64,000 nt of DNA from Paraspadella gotoi (lineage: Eukaryota > Animalia > Chaetognatha), in contig CM119264.1 in assembly GCA_051294375.1 (NCBI GenBank), positions 14,043,323 to 14,107,322 on the forward strand. Direction: 5' to 3'. The position numbers and the translations under genes were made by a program. The notes beneath the pieces were generated by a model, which saw nothing but the letters and a program-made list of their open reading frames with translations, ran no database searches and was not told the DNA's origin. Every line of letters starts with the position of its first letter. Position 1 is the stretch's first letter. Shown here piece by piece: positions 1 to 13,400 of the stretch.

Positions 1-595
1 AAAGTTCCCTTTATACAATTTAACACAACTTTTTTCCCCGGAAAGATTCCGAATGATAGAAACGTCGCCGAGTCCAAAATAAACCTTAACGCTTGTAGTA
101 AGAAGGAGTGTGGAAGTAAGGGAGGGGTTTGTTGAATCCGAATTTTGTGTCCGGTTTTTTAAACAGAGAATTAAAATTAAAGTTTACTTTTTGAAAATAT
201 CAAGCTTGTCATACAAAATTGGATTTTTCGAATTGGTTTTTGGTCAATCAAAACTACACAATCCCAAACTTAACAAACAGAAAATAAACGGAAAAGCTCC
301 TCCTGGACTCCTACTTTTTTTTTGTGGCCCGAGGGATTCGGGTATCGAAATCTTGTACCCGTAAAATACACTACATAATAAAATTATTAGGACAAAAAGT
401 TGAAATTATCGTGAAATACAACAGGACAAAAATAAAAGTATAAAAAAAGAAAAAAAAACCCTTCTGAAATTTAATTAAAAGCATTATTTCTGGTTTCTAT
501 CTTTATTTTTATTTATTTTTTATTTTATGAGCTTTTTTAGTTTATGAGGGTCGAAAGGAATAAAAAAGAGAAGAAAAAAAAATTAAAAAAGAGAT

Positions 596-626
<31 letters not shown>

Positions 627-638
627 AGAGGGAGAGAG

Positions 639-690
<52 letters not shown>

Positions 691-728
691 TTTAGAGAGA
701 GAGAAGAAAAAAGAAGAGAGAGAGAGAG
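596..728. repeat. (AG)n/(GA)n microsatellite, imperfect
   Basis: Long interrupted GAGA run. Similar tracts occur at 1403-1436, 5987-6048, 7067-7155, 9187-9242 and 9462-9518. These generate most of the spurious SLSLSL/ERERER ORFs. Confidence 0.95.
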
Positions 729-1398
729 ATGTCGAAGATAGTAGGGGGGAGTCAGTAATGGTGACACTGACATCCAATATAAAACGTGACAGCACGTTGG
801 CGCTGCAAAGGAAGGGAGATGGGTGGGGGGGCGTTGTCCAGTGCCAGGACAACGACGACGTTTTCAAAAGGAGAGACCAAAGGCGGGAGGGGCGGGAGGA
901 GAGAGGGGGAGGCCGCATTGGTCCCCGGACGAAGACCGAGAAGAATAGGGTCGTCAGCGAATCACGATTGTTTGGTGAGAAACTCCTTGTGCGGAGTTTG
1001 ATGTGTGAAACTCGATGTGAAACTGGATGTAAAACGCCGTGCGAATCTGAAGGACACAATGTGGACGGGTCGAAGGTCGACGAGCAACGATTCGGGCTCA
1101 TTGTTGGCGGCGGACTGAGAGAAAAAAATGTCGATTATGGCAACGAAATGGAGACGGGTTTTTTTTTCGACGAAACGATTGGCCGACGGATGATAAATGA
1201 AATCGTTGAAGGTTTCGGGTCACAGAAAACTGTTTCGATTTGCAAATAAAATTTGGAGAAGGAAAGTCAATCGATTGAATACTTCGCATTTTTTTTTTTT
1301 TTTTTTTTTGAGGGAGTTGAAGCGAAAGAAAGTTGGAGATTTCCTATTTTTTTTAGGGATGAAATATTTCAGTCTAGATAAAACATAATAATTTAGGG

Positions 1399-1440
<42 letters not shown>

Positions 1441-1731
1441 CCATTCCATTAGATGCAAGAAGAGAATTTTATTACTGGCGTAAATATTCGAATTTTATCG
1501 GAGATCAAGAGATTTTCGCCGGATTGGCTTGTGAATCCGAAGCCTTGCTGTTTGAAAACTGTCGAAATAGCATCAGACCAAAGCTGGAATACATTAGTCA
1601 TTCTTCGTTTTAGCCCGGATTTGTATTCAATTTTGGATTTGCTGGAAACTGATCGAGGATCGTTTCACCCAACGTAATTTCTCATTACTGACGCTTGATA
1701 TCTCGAAAGGCAACGGTTGTTGCGAGATGGT

Positions 1732-1789
1732 TATGAAATTGGTACAACCAATATAAAAATATAAAAATAAATAAGCTATCTTGCCCCTG
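1732..1789 (+). mobile_element. Solo left TIR of the TGAAATTGGTACAACC MITE family
   Basis: tatgaaattggtacaaccaatataaaaat...aataagctatcttgcccctg matches the TIR at 22932-22997. Confidence 0.7.
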
Positions 1790-4700
1790 AATTTGGAGAG
1801 GCTTCAATGGTTTATGTTACTGCGGCACTATTTCTCATTGGCAAAATTTATTTTTATCTTTATGATTCTCTCCCCCATTTTCATTTTCCATCTCCCCTCT
1901 TTCCTTTTCCCTCTTTTTTTCTTCCCTACCCAATCACAAATCTTAATCTCCCATACCCCTTTCCCCCCCCCTTTTCCCCGCCCTCCATTTACTCTGTTAT
2001 AAAGCCCCTCTCGAAGCTCTCTTACTTTCCGCGTCTTTCATTCGGACTTTCTTTCAGATTGGAAAAAAAAAAGAAAGAAAGGATTATCAGAATTTGGGTC
2101 AGCTCGAGGTTGGACGGTTGGACGGTTGGTGGGGGACGATCTCGCTGCACGGGGGTGGAATTGCGGGACTGTATTAATCTCGAGGGGTGGAATGGACGAG
2201 GCTGGTGAGTTCAGACAAACCAATCACCATTGGTGAGTCGAAAAAAAAACTGAAAGGATCATGAGCGAAGGCCAGTCCGAGCAGAATTTGAAAAAAAGTA
2301 GAGAACATTCGCGCTGATTTGATGAACTGAAATTTTTTTTTTCCGTTGGCGGCGGCGTTATAAGTAAAAGAATCTACTACATTGAAATGAGGGGGGAAAA
2401 ATGTCATCTTTTCCTACCGGGTTGATGGATGTTATGTATTTATCCACCTCATTTGCTATTAAGAGGATTGTTATTGCAGTCGGATTTTATGTGCAGAAGG
2501 CGATTCGCTCGAGCCGCGACATTTTCTCAAAGCTATTAAATCACTCTTTCCACTTGACAAGCTGATTGTGAAGCTTTGGCTAAATACTGGCCACTAAAAA
2601 AATCTCACTCAAATGTCACTGTTGTGAAACCAAACGTCAGTAAACTAAAAAGTAAACTTAAATGCCATTTCGGAGAGCCCAAGAGGAACAAAAGTGTTCC
2701 TTGACTTGGCAGTGAGAAAAAAAATGCGGCAAGAGAAGCGTGGTGTTCAAAACCGGTCATGCAACTCGAACGCTCAATCTTTATTTGCGTTCGAACGAAG
2801 CAAGTTTTTTTTTTCCTGCTCTTTTTTTTTTCCTTTCCCAATCCTTTTTCCGCTTTATTGCCCGCTTTTCTCCGTCGCAATCGAGAGTGGCGGGTGGAGA
2901 AGTCAATGAATTTGGTCTTTCCTCCAACCCGGTTCCCCTTTTTCTTTCTCTGACGCGCGACCGATTTTTCTGACGGCGAGCGTGCGAGGGAGCCAGCGTT
3001 CTCGGAGAAAGCGTGCGCGAGAGCCAGCGTGTGAAAGAGCCAGCGTGCATGAGCTTGGGTTGATGGTGAAGTTTTTGCGAATCGGGTGCGCGATATCGCA
3101 TTAGACAATTGGTAATCCTGATACATGCGGTTTAAGAGAAGGGCTGAAAAATAAAATTATCAACGATTGACTCATTACGTAGGTACATACGTACATCGTA
3201 AAATCGATCGTCACCATCTTTTGATGCTTCCAGTCACGAATTGTTTATCATCTGTCGAACGTTTAATCATATCCGATGAATTTAACGTCGCTCGCGACAT
3301 TTGCATCATTCCTTGTCACATCTGCTCATCAATGCTATTCACGAAGTACGATTTCATCACAGAAAGAGAGAGACGAGGAGAGATGTGTTGTATGAGAAGA
3401 GAGAGAGAGAGAGACGAAAGAAGATGAGGAGGCAGAAGTAGAGGAGATATGAGAGATAAATTCGAACAATTTCTGGCGATAAAAAAAGATTGTTTACTTC
3501 TGACGAACCGAGCGCGAAGAAGATGTTAACAAATAATAAAATATGGCGTCGCAGACAAAATAATATTCGATTGCAGGAAATCGGAGACAAATGAAAATGC
3601 GTTTTCTTCTGCAAAATTTTCAAGACAGAAAGAGGTAAAATTTTTCGAGATAACAACAAGGCAATATATTTAAAATTCGTCATAAAATTGCAAAAACTAC
3701 CCGAACCTCGGAAGAACGCCCACCAAAAACCGAACGCAGAATTCCTGACTCGGCAAAACGAGAAAATTTTGAGCTCGGAGACGCGAATTCCGTTGCTGTC
3801 GCCAAGGCCGAGTGATCTGTGGCGATGGACAAGTCACGTGCTCGACCCGCCTGACCGATCAAAGTGACCCGATGACCTCTTTGGCGGCGACGACGACGAC
3901 GACGTTGAATGCGACGACGGGGAACTCTTTGGTGGCGACGCCGACTAAAGCGCGAGTCTCGAGAGAAAGATCACTGCCACGTCACCGGTTGTGTCGTCTG
4001 TGCAAGTACAAACTTGGTAGAGAGATTTCTCAGTCGATGAGTGTAAAAAGTATGTGAAGATAATCCCCGATCTACTAACACAGACGTTGCCTTTGTAACT
4101 TTTTAAGCTCAGCCTGATAGAGCTAAAATGGGAGAAATATTTCAGGGTTTCAATTTTTTTTATTGTACAATGTACATTTGTTGTGAATTTTCCGGCCACG
4201 AAACGAGGCCGCGAAGTCAACGAAAGGGGAAAGGCCACCCAAATGACTCCAGTCCACAACAGCCTAACAGAATAAGAAAGGCTGTTATCTAAATTACGCC
4301 CTTCATTCAGTCTGTGCCAATCGCCAAAAGAGGCACTAAGCCAAAGTTAACGACAGTTACAATAATAAAAATCTTCACAGCAACAAATTCCCGGACGAAA
4401 ACAAAGCCGTCGCGATAACGACAACAACAAACGACGACAACAAACACCCCGGCGCGAAAGTCGAGGATTGATGGCGAATCTGCGAACGGAGATTCCATGA
4501 TAAAAATGGAGGAAAAATGCGGGAACGATAACGCCGACTGGATGCAGCAACGTTTTGCATTTTTTGTTGAAAATGTTGTTCGTTAACGAAAATGCAGTAA
4601 TTCAGGGGCGTTAAACACGTGTAACGTCGGGTTTTTAAAAGATTTAGAAAATAAAAAAAAATATTAGAATAGTATGAAAGTGCATTCTTGCGTTAAAATG

Positions 4701-5319
4701 GGTATATTTATATTTACCGACTTTATTCTAATTTCTAAATCAGAAAAAAAAATAATGCCTTTTCTTCCTTTGCTTTGTTTTTCTAAATTAAAATTCCCTT
4801 ATTCTCGTCCACCGTTGTTTTCTGTGATTTAAATGTCTAATGACTGAAAATTACTTCAAATTACTGTATTTCTAACTATTTCTATCTTTGCTTTTCCTAA
4901 TACCACTACACGGATTTCAAATCGGAGTGAAATGAAAAGATTTGTTATTACTCTTAACTGACTCAATTTGATAATTTTATTATTTAGACAATTCCCTGAC
5001 GTTTATGTTCCTATATAACAAATTAAGAATATTTTACATCATAACAACTGGTGCGCTTGCTTTCCAGGAGCTTTTTTGGAGAGTTTTTCCCTTCGTATTT
5101 GATAATTAAATTTCAAACTCATTGTGAATAAAATTGAGACGAATATTATAGTTTCTTTTACATTCATTATTTAGTAAAATGTCTTGGGAGTATGCAAAAA
5201 AATTTTCATTACTATATTTCAAGGTTTAATGAGGTAATAGGCGCTTGCCAGATCAATGTTATTTTCTTTTTTTTTTTCAAAGCTGAAATATTTATTTTCT
5301 ATAAGTTTTAACTAGAAAA

Positions 5320-5510
5320 ATTGAAAGGGCTGTCATTGTGGCTGTGAAAAAAATTTTGACATTCTGTTTGCTCAGACACATACTTTAATGTCTATATTTG
5401 TATGATGAACCGAAATTTTTAAACATTTCATTTTAGTTCATAAAAATATATCTTATAACAAGAAGGTCCTATTCAAATGCAAAAAAATTGCTTTTTTGAA
5501 ATTGGGCCAT
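5320..5510 (+). repeat. Dispersed AT-rich repeat (empty-site paralog of the repeat interrupted at 49187-50132)
   Basis: gtcattgtggctgtgaaaa...gctcagacaca...gaaggtcctattcaaatgcaaaaaaattgcttttt matches 49110-49185 joined to 50135-50205. Confidence 0.7.
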
Positions 5511-5987
5511 GCTTTAAAATCATTTAAAAACATTTTTTTCGCCCTATTTGCCCTTCTTTCTCGAAAATTCTCGAGTTCCGAAGTTCCGTTTATTTTCTTT
5601 TCCTTCATCAGTTTCGTTTACTATCCTTTCTCTTTTTCCCAGAGTCACTATTGTTTTGCCTCTTGGCTCGTTTTCCTTTTGTATTTTCCCTCGAACAGGA
5701 GAAGGTGGAGGATGGATCGAGTTGAGCGAGAGTAGGGGGGGGGGAAGTAAAGAGAGAAGAGAAAAAGAAAGAAGCAAAGAAAAAGAGGTGGAGTAGAGCT
5801 GAAGAGTTCGAGAAAATGTTTCTTGAGACAAACGACAAAGACAGGAGGAGAAAGAAGCAGCGGCTTCGGTTACTTTCATTCCGCGTTGTTCGTTTTTCTT
5901 CTCATTACTTTTATTTTCATTTTGACAGGAACTCTTGAATAGGATTTTCTTACTTCTTAGAAAGGAGAGAGAAAGACAGACAGACAC

Positions 5988-6053
<66 letters not shown>

Positions 6054-6378
6054 CGAGAGAAAGAGAGACTTTGAGGTCGTTCACTTTTCCGTTCGGTTTC
6101 GTCATCAACGCCAACGATTGTTTTTCCAGCTCGAGTGGCAATTACCAGCTTCCGAGACAGATTTTTGGTCTAAGGCTGTGATGGTATTTCAGTTAAAAGT
6201 AACATGATAGATACTTTCTTAGCCATAACGTTGCAAAAAAGAGAAGAGACCAAACGGACCGAAAAAAAGTAATTAATAAAGTCGGTCATGCCAATAATAG
6301 TCATTCATGAAATAGTAAACAATGACGTAACAAACCGACCGACCGACTCCTAGGATTAAACTACCTCGAAAAAAATCA

Positions 6379-7115
6379 TCAAATCATGCCGTCCAACTCG
6401 TCCAAACTTTCAGCGATCCCCATTTCTTTGAGGAACGACTCCATCTGGCGAACGTCGTCCGAAGTGACGCTTGTGGCGTGCTTCTCCAGTTGGCTCCGAC
6501 TGTAGTAACTTCCAGACTGCGAATCTTGGGCTCTGGACGGTGAAGCCGCCTCCTCCGCCTCTGGAGACACAACCTCGATCCCACAGAAGCGAAGCATCCT
6601 CGTCGTCGACGCCGCCGGATCTGCGGCAAAGTCTTCGTAGCGAATCATCATGGCGTCGACGCCGGAATCGAGGCGCCGGCGTCGCATCTCTCGAAAGCAA
6701 AGAACGCCTACTACGTAGAAGACGAAAAAGTTGGAGATGAGTGGAGTGAGGCCTGGAATTTTAAGAAATTCGAATCGATTAAATAAATTTATTATCATTG
6801 TAATTTATGACGATTATAACCTGATTAAATAAATAGATAAACTTACATATATGCCATCGCTTACCGACAGAAAGCAGTTGACCATTTTTTCGCGTGAGAA
6901 GAATTTTATCGTCCTCTTCCATTCCCTTCTTTGCCGATTCTAGATTCTCAAAAAGACGCAACCAATCCTTATTGTTGCCAACGACGCTTTTCAATTCTGC
7001 GACGAAGTTTTCGAACGTTATGAAAAGGCCTAAGTACTTTTCTCCATGTGTCTGTTTGTGCGTCCGTCTCTCTCTCTATCTCTCTCTCTCTTCCCATCTC
7101 TCTCTCCTCTCTCTC

Positions 7116-7159
<44 letters not shown>

Positions 7160-8613
7160 GGACCGTGAAAATTGTTTTTTCTCTATCTACAAATAAATGA
7201 AAATTAAGTAGTACTAGACCAAACTGACTATTAAATGTTTTCTTCATTTACCCGCCGTGGCCAATTCTACGAGGGAGACGTCTAATTTATACCCCATTTC
7301 GTCGGGAAAGAATCGTGGGCCGATAAGCGGAAGTTGGTGGGCGAATCCTTGCGCGTTAGACGCGGCCTCCGAGAGAATGCGGAGCCAGGACGACATCAGC
7401 GGAATGGGATGCCGGATGGTGAAGATGAAACGAGTCTCGAATGGAAGATCGTTCCTGAATTGGAATTGCTGCTGTTAAATGTTTCTGATGCTTCACTTGT
7501 GTCTAAAGCACCCCCCCAAAAAGCATAATTACGACTTCCTTGTCTTGTTTTTTTTTCTCTTAGACTTCAACCAACAACGAATAGTTTTACCCGAGATAAA
7601 TAATGTCGTTCATCATCCACGGGAGAATCTTGACGGCGATCACTTCGATCCCCGGACGTCGAAAAAAAGATTTGCAGGTGAAAAGGACGACGCGCTTGAG
7701 AAGTTCCGGGGAGACGACGACTCCCAAAGCCCTCATCTCGGCCAAGTTGAGAAAGGCGGGAGGCTCGCAGATTGCCAGGCAATTGGGAAGATTTTCGAAA
7801 TGTTGAAGGATCCAGGTGCTACCGCTTCGAGGGAGCGAGACGATGAAGATCACGGTTTTATCATAGAGCCGAGATGAAGCTTGAGTCGGAGATCTTGGTG
7901 AGTTCGCAAGAGTTGAGTTGGGATCCTTCGGGTCGATATTTGGGGACGATTTACGGAAATCGTCCTCTATCGGCATTTGGACGAATTCTTCCAACGAAAT
8001 GACTCCGAACTCCACCGCATAATAAAATTTTGATAAGAAGCAGAACGGATGGACTTTTGAGCTGTAAATGTCTATTCCTGAGAATAGAGTTAACATTTTA
8101 TTCGTGTAAGTATTTGTAACTAAAAGTCTTTTTGGGGGTAAGAGTTCTATGCCGAGCACCAGTATTCTAAGAATAATGATTAATTTTAAAGAATAATGAT
8201 GATAAGAATGAGAATAATGATTAACTTTTTGCATACCTATTTTTCGTTATGACAATAATAATATCACACTACACTCAGTACTTACCCTTTTCGGTTCTCA
8301 CAAAAGTAGCGCCATTTCTCGACAGATGCAGCAGGTGGACGTCAGGATCCTCCCACGCAAACTCTCGTGCATCCTCCATCCGCGCGACGATGTATAAAAC
8401 ATTGTCGAGGGATTCGCCCTTCGCCCAACTGAGGTGGTGACGCCAGAGGATGTGACGCACGTCAACGAGGCCAGGGGAGAAGGTCTGGTCTCCGCCACCG
8501 AAGACCCATTCCGACAGGAGCCGACAAAAGTTGAATATTTTAAGCGTAGGAATAAAAACGAAGAGATGAAAAAGAAAATGAATGACGACCGCCCACGAGT
8601 GACCAGACGCCAT
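6379..8613 (-). CDS. Sulfotransferase-family protein (P-loop sulfotransferase fold) with N-terminal hydrophobic segment, 5 exons
   Basis: Exons 8613-8286, 8077-7591, 7454-7252, 7029-6865 and 6752-6379 have GT-AG boundaries with consistent phases. Motifs: 5'-PSB IFIVSLPRSGSTW, CEP, 3'-PB RFIFTIRHPIPLMSSW, and C-terminal IRYEDFAADP. Confidence 0.85.
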
Positions 8614-9184
8614 CTCTTCTACTCTTCACTTTTTCGTTCTGTCATATTTAAGCCATAATATTTATTTACAAAAGAATTAGGAGACGTTGAAAGGTGGTAA
8701 AATAACGACAAAACATAATCGTAAAATTAAAACAAAATTAAAAATTAAGATAACAAATAAGATGATGAATTAATAATATTATTTAAAAGCCTTTTAAAAA
8801 GTTTGAACTTTTTTTAATAATCAATAAAGAATGTCAGCTGATGCTCTGCTGCCGCGAGAAAAAATGTTTTGCTTTACAATTCATTAAATCTGTAGAAGAC
8901 GAGAGCTAAAACTCTTCGGACCAGTTTTACTTGTAGCAGATCCAGGATAAGCAAACACCGCATCAGCCGATAAGCAGCTGTATTCCCGACTGCCACCTTT
9001 TATTGAAAATCATACTCAGATGATGCGGAGTTAACTTCATTATTTAATTAAACATTGCATTTTTAATAATTTAATAGTTTTTGCTAATATTTAATTTATT
9101 TTAATTTTTAGCTCTAATCAATATATTGAAAGCTGATATATCCTAACTTCAAGCCGAAACAATCAAAAGAGACATTAACATTTG

Positions 9185-9246
<62 letters not shown>

Positions 9247-9444
9247 CGCGCAGATAGGGCTTCGCATGAGAGAAAATAAAAAAGAGAGAAAGAGAGACGT
9301 TTTCAATACTTTGGACCATAGCCATCCAAATTTTTCTCGTTTTCTTTATTTCCCGACGTTTTTCCACTTTCTCCCATATTTAGCGCTTTTTTTTTTTAAT
9401 TCGATCCAGCAGAACTAGAAGAATACAATTTGAATATAGAATAC

Positions 9445-9492
<48 letters not shown>

Positions 9493-9901
9493 GAGGAGAG
9501 AGAGAGAGAGAGAGAGAGTTCACGCAAAAAAGTACTGATAGATAAATGAAGATACGCGAAATAAGAGCGAGAAAGGCTGACACACCTTTTACTAAAATGA
9601 CCCTTCGAACTTAAAAGACGACCAAGCGTAAAAAATAGAAAAGAAAAGATGGAGTTCTTTTTCATAGCGCTTTCAACGTCCTTAACCGGAAGTGCGACCC
9701 CAATTCGAGCCTTACCTTGAAAACAAAATGGCAGGGAGTCGGAAAAAGGTGAGGAAAGAAAATTATTGTCATTTCTGAAAAATGTTTCTGTTTGTGTGCG
9801 AGTTAGTTGAATACGATTTTTAGCGAGCGGTTTCGTATGAGATATAGAAAACGTAAATTCTATTCCGTGTTAATTAAGAGAATTTATTCAATAGTAATTT
9901 T

Positions 9902-10069
9902 GATGAAAAACAATTGTGATTTGTTTTTCTCAACGAATTGTATTAGATAGTAGATTTGGACATGTTTCGACTCTTGTTAGAGCCTTCATCAGCGGTTTGA
10001 CAAATCTACTATCTAAAACAATTGTTTTTCATCAAATTCAAAAACACAACGAAATCGACAGTCTTTATA
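9902..10069 (-). mobile_element. Hammerhead-bearing Penelope-like non-autonomous insert
   Basis: Minus strand ~9995-9958 reads CTGATGA-a-GGCTC-taacaa-GAGTC-GAAAC-AT-GTC. It lies inside an inverted repeat (9899-9958 / 10001-10036) and is flanked by the 13-bp direct repeat caatagtaatttt (9889-9901, 10070-10082). Confidence 0.75.
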
Positions 10070-10453
10070 CAATAGTAATTTTCAATTTTCAATTCTATCA
10101 AAGCTTCACTGAAATTTCCGAATGAAACTTAACAACCAGAAATTAAAAATTAAACAATTAAACATTAAACGTCTCCTATTTAATTTAATCCAATTTCAAT
10201 TACTATTTCTCGTTTACCTTTAAAAAAATATTCATACGAAAGAGGTCAGGAACGTATGGACCTTTGGTGTCGGGAAGAAAAAAGATCATCGCAAACCAAA
10301 CGCGTAATAAATATAAAAGAAAAGAAAATTTAACATTAAAATCGATAAGGAGGTACAATAAAATAATCAACTGGAAATCTTGCCAGATTTAAATAAAAAA
10401 CGGGAATTAAATAACACATAATTGAATTTGAATAGGTATAGAAAAATACGACG

Positions 10454-13400
10454 TTAACTTTCCTCGTCTTCGCCGAACATTGCATCAACCAACGGATAAA
10501 ACTTCGGCCCGAATTCCAACACCGTCTCCAGATTGAGAACCGAAGAAGAAGATGACGACGACAACGAGATAGAGAGAGAGTCGGCCGGCGTCGGCGGAGG
10601 ACCTTCGAGGGCGTAGTTTTGGAGAACGTCGGCGTCTGTGGGGTTTGAGAGAGGAGGATGCGAAGCTAAAAGAGAGAGAGACAGTTCGATCGACGTAGTA
10701 GTATTTGCGTCATAGAGTCATTTTATATTAGCGCTTACCTTCAAGGTGAGAGCTTCGGTCTGAATCTTTCTCGTGCCGAAAGTACGGCGGCGTCGGCAAA
10801 GGTGGCGGACTCTGAAGAGTAAGACGAAATTATTTTAACAAATGTGGCGAGAGGAGAGTGATTTTTGTACTAACATCTGACTGTTATTGACTGTTATTGA
10901 CTGTAGTTGTTATAGGGGCTCGATTCGTGCTAGCTGCTTGGTCATAATAATGACCTTTGTCAACAGCAGTATGGCAAAATGCAATTAATAACAAATCCGC
11001 TATTTTCGAGAAAAAAAAATCTCAAAACCCCCCCCTCTTTACCCTTGGCGCGGGCACTTCCACTCGTAGGTCCCTCATGTCAAAAGTGAGGTTATCCTCG
11101 TCGCCCTCGCAGCACTCGTCGTCGTAGCCGCAGTTGTTCGTCCAGAATGTCTTTCCTTGCCAGGAGCGGACGAGGTCGTCGCCGCTGTCCCCGCAGCCGT
11201 AGTCGTCGACGTCGTCGTCGGATCGTCGTCGATGGAGGAGGAAGAGAAGGAGGAAGAAGACGAGGAAGAGAAGAACGACTGCCACTGGGACGAGGACGGT
11301 GACGTCGAGGGAAGATTCTGCAAAAGGGGGGGGGAGAAGACGGAGAGGAATTAATTAATTTTAATGAGATTGGGCAGACATCTTCAAGATCAATATTAAT
11401 ACAACACGTTTTCATGTAGATTCTTGGACATATTTGACTCCGCTTACTAATATTATCTACGATTACGACATAAACCGTAGGCGATTTATTAATTAAAATA
11501 TGAGATATCGTCTCTTTATTCCCTCTAAATTACCACTAATCTCAACTAGCTCGTTCGACCCCACGATCGATGCTTCGATCGACGCTTCGTCTTCGTGAAT
11601 TCCATCGGACACGTGGATCGTCAACCGGAAGTGACGAGGCCGCGGCGACTCTCCGCTCGCATCCAGGTTATCTTGACTTGCGTCTTGAAAGGGACGAGGC
11701 TCTTCAGTTTTCTCACCACGATCAACCTGTTTTAGATCGGCTAAATACGCCTCATCTTCCAAGCTTCGTCCATCCCGATTTTTTACGTCCGGCGCACGAT
11801 TTGCGAGGTTAACGTCACGTTCTACCGAATCCGTGTCTCGCCCTTGTCTATGAGAATTAGATCGCCAAAATTCGTCGCGAATTCTGATTCTGGCAAAAGG
11901 TCCGGAAGACACCACTTCGAAATTTTCGCTGCCTGTATTATATAATTAATTAATTATTATTATATTATGATATGAATTTCATTTTATAATACATCAATAA
12001 ATAGTATGAAACAAACAAAAGTATAACATAAGTATCGAAAAAAATTTTTTGACGTAACTCACCTTCCCCCGTCAACCAAAAGAAAAACCTGGCCTCGTTT
12101 TCGTCGTCGTCGTCCTCTACCTACAAAAAAAATCAATCAAAACCAATCAATCAATAAAAAAAACACAAGCAACAAAGGCAAGCTATTTTAATTACGCCCC
12201 GAACCTTTCTCTCACCTCCACTGCATCCACACTCAACCTCCCGTCCTCCGTGACCCTCACTCTCCAATCGGCACGAACGAAGGTGACGTTGCAATCGTTG
12301 ACGTCGCCGACGAAGACGTCGACATCGACGGCGGTGACGTTTCCGCTCAAATCGCGCGCCTCCAAGCGGACGAGAAGCGAAGCGACGGATTCGCGGTCAA
12401 AGGGGCGACTCGCGAGGAGGGAGAAAGTGGAGGGAGAGGAGTTGAGGGAAGAGGGGGAGGAAGAAGAGAGGAGAGTGGGAGAGGACGAGGAAACGCCTTT
12501 GACCAAGGAGAAGGAATTGATGGAGAGTCGAAAGGCAGGAGGTTGAGGAGATCGGAGAGCGCGGTCTGAGAGGTTGCGTGGAACGAGATTTCAATCTCAA
12601 TGTCTTTGTTTTTCGGGTTTCGAGTTTACTTCATGAACGAGGGGCAAGTTCTTTATGCTTACCTTTCACGTTGCTCGTTGCCCAAACTTCAACGATCCTT
12701 ACGTCGAAAGCTGCGTTGACGCCTTCGTCGACGTCCGAGACGACGAAGACTTTTACGACCTCGCCGGGATCCCTGTTTTCCGTTAAAGAAGCTTTAAATC
12801 CTCCGTTTAAGTCGGCTTCAAGATCTTGGGCATCCCTGCGCACTTCATCGTCCATTTCGAAGAAGCGGGGAGGGTTGTCGTTGATGTCCTCTAAGTCGAT
12901 GCGTATGGCCACAGATGCTCTTTTGTTTAATTTGGGTAAAAATGTTTCTTTTTATTATGGTTTACGTTTTTATTATTTCTGGCATTTTCACTAGCATTAA
13001 TGAATGAAGAATTAATTCTTTAATTGCGTCGGCTGAATGAATATTATCTATTCTTACTTGGCCCAATTTCCCTGAGCGGCCGTCACCACCAAAGTCCACG
13101 ACCCGTTGCCTCGAGGAGCGTCTCTGTCCATGGGCGCCACGACGTCCAACGCGCCGGTGGTCGGATGCAGGCGGAAGTGACGGAGACACTCTGGGCTGGT
13201 TCGAAGGAGGGAAGCGGGAGAGACGAGGGTAATCGTCGATAAGGAGGCGACATCGGTGGAGCGAAACAAACCGAAATCGTTCGTCACAGGATCGATCGAG
13301 AGTCGAGAAAAGATGTCTATTCTTTCGAGATCCTTGATTTGCCCCTTTTCTTCCTTTTTCCTACTTTCGTCACCAACCTCTTCAGTTTTCACTCCGTTCT

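Noticed and set aside
537-1677. Overlapping ORFs rich in SL/ER repeats
   Set aside because: Translations of (AG)n microsatellites; no domain motifs or splice support.
2605-4560. CpG-richer stretches and ORFs (e.g. 2605-3126, 3812-4057)
   Set aside because: No recognisable protein and no consistent exon chain. May be UTR or regulatory sequence of a gene outside the window, but I cannot support a call.
9131-9165. Hammerhead core at 9132
   Set aside because: CTGATA...GCCGAAAC lacks stem II pairing and the GTC triplet; counted only as a remnant.
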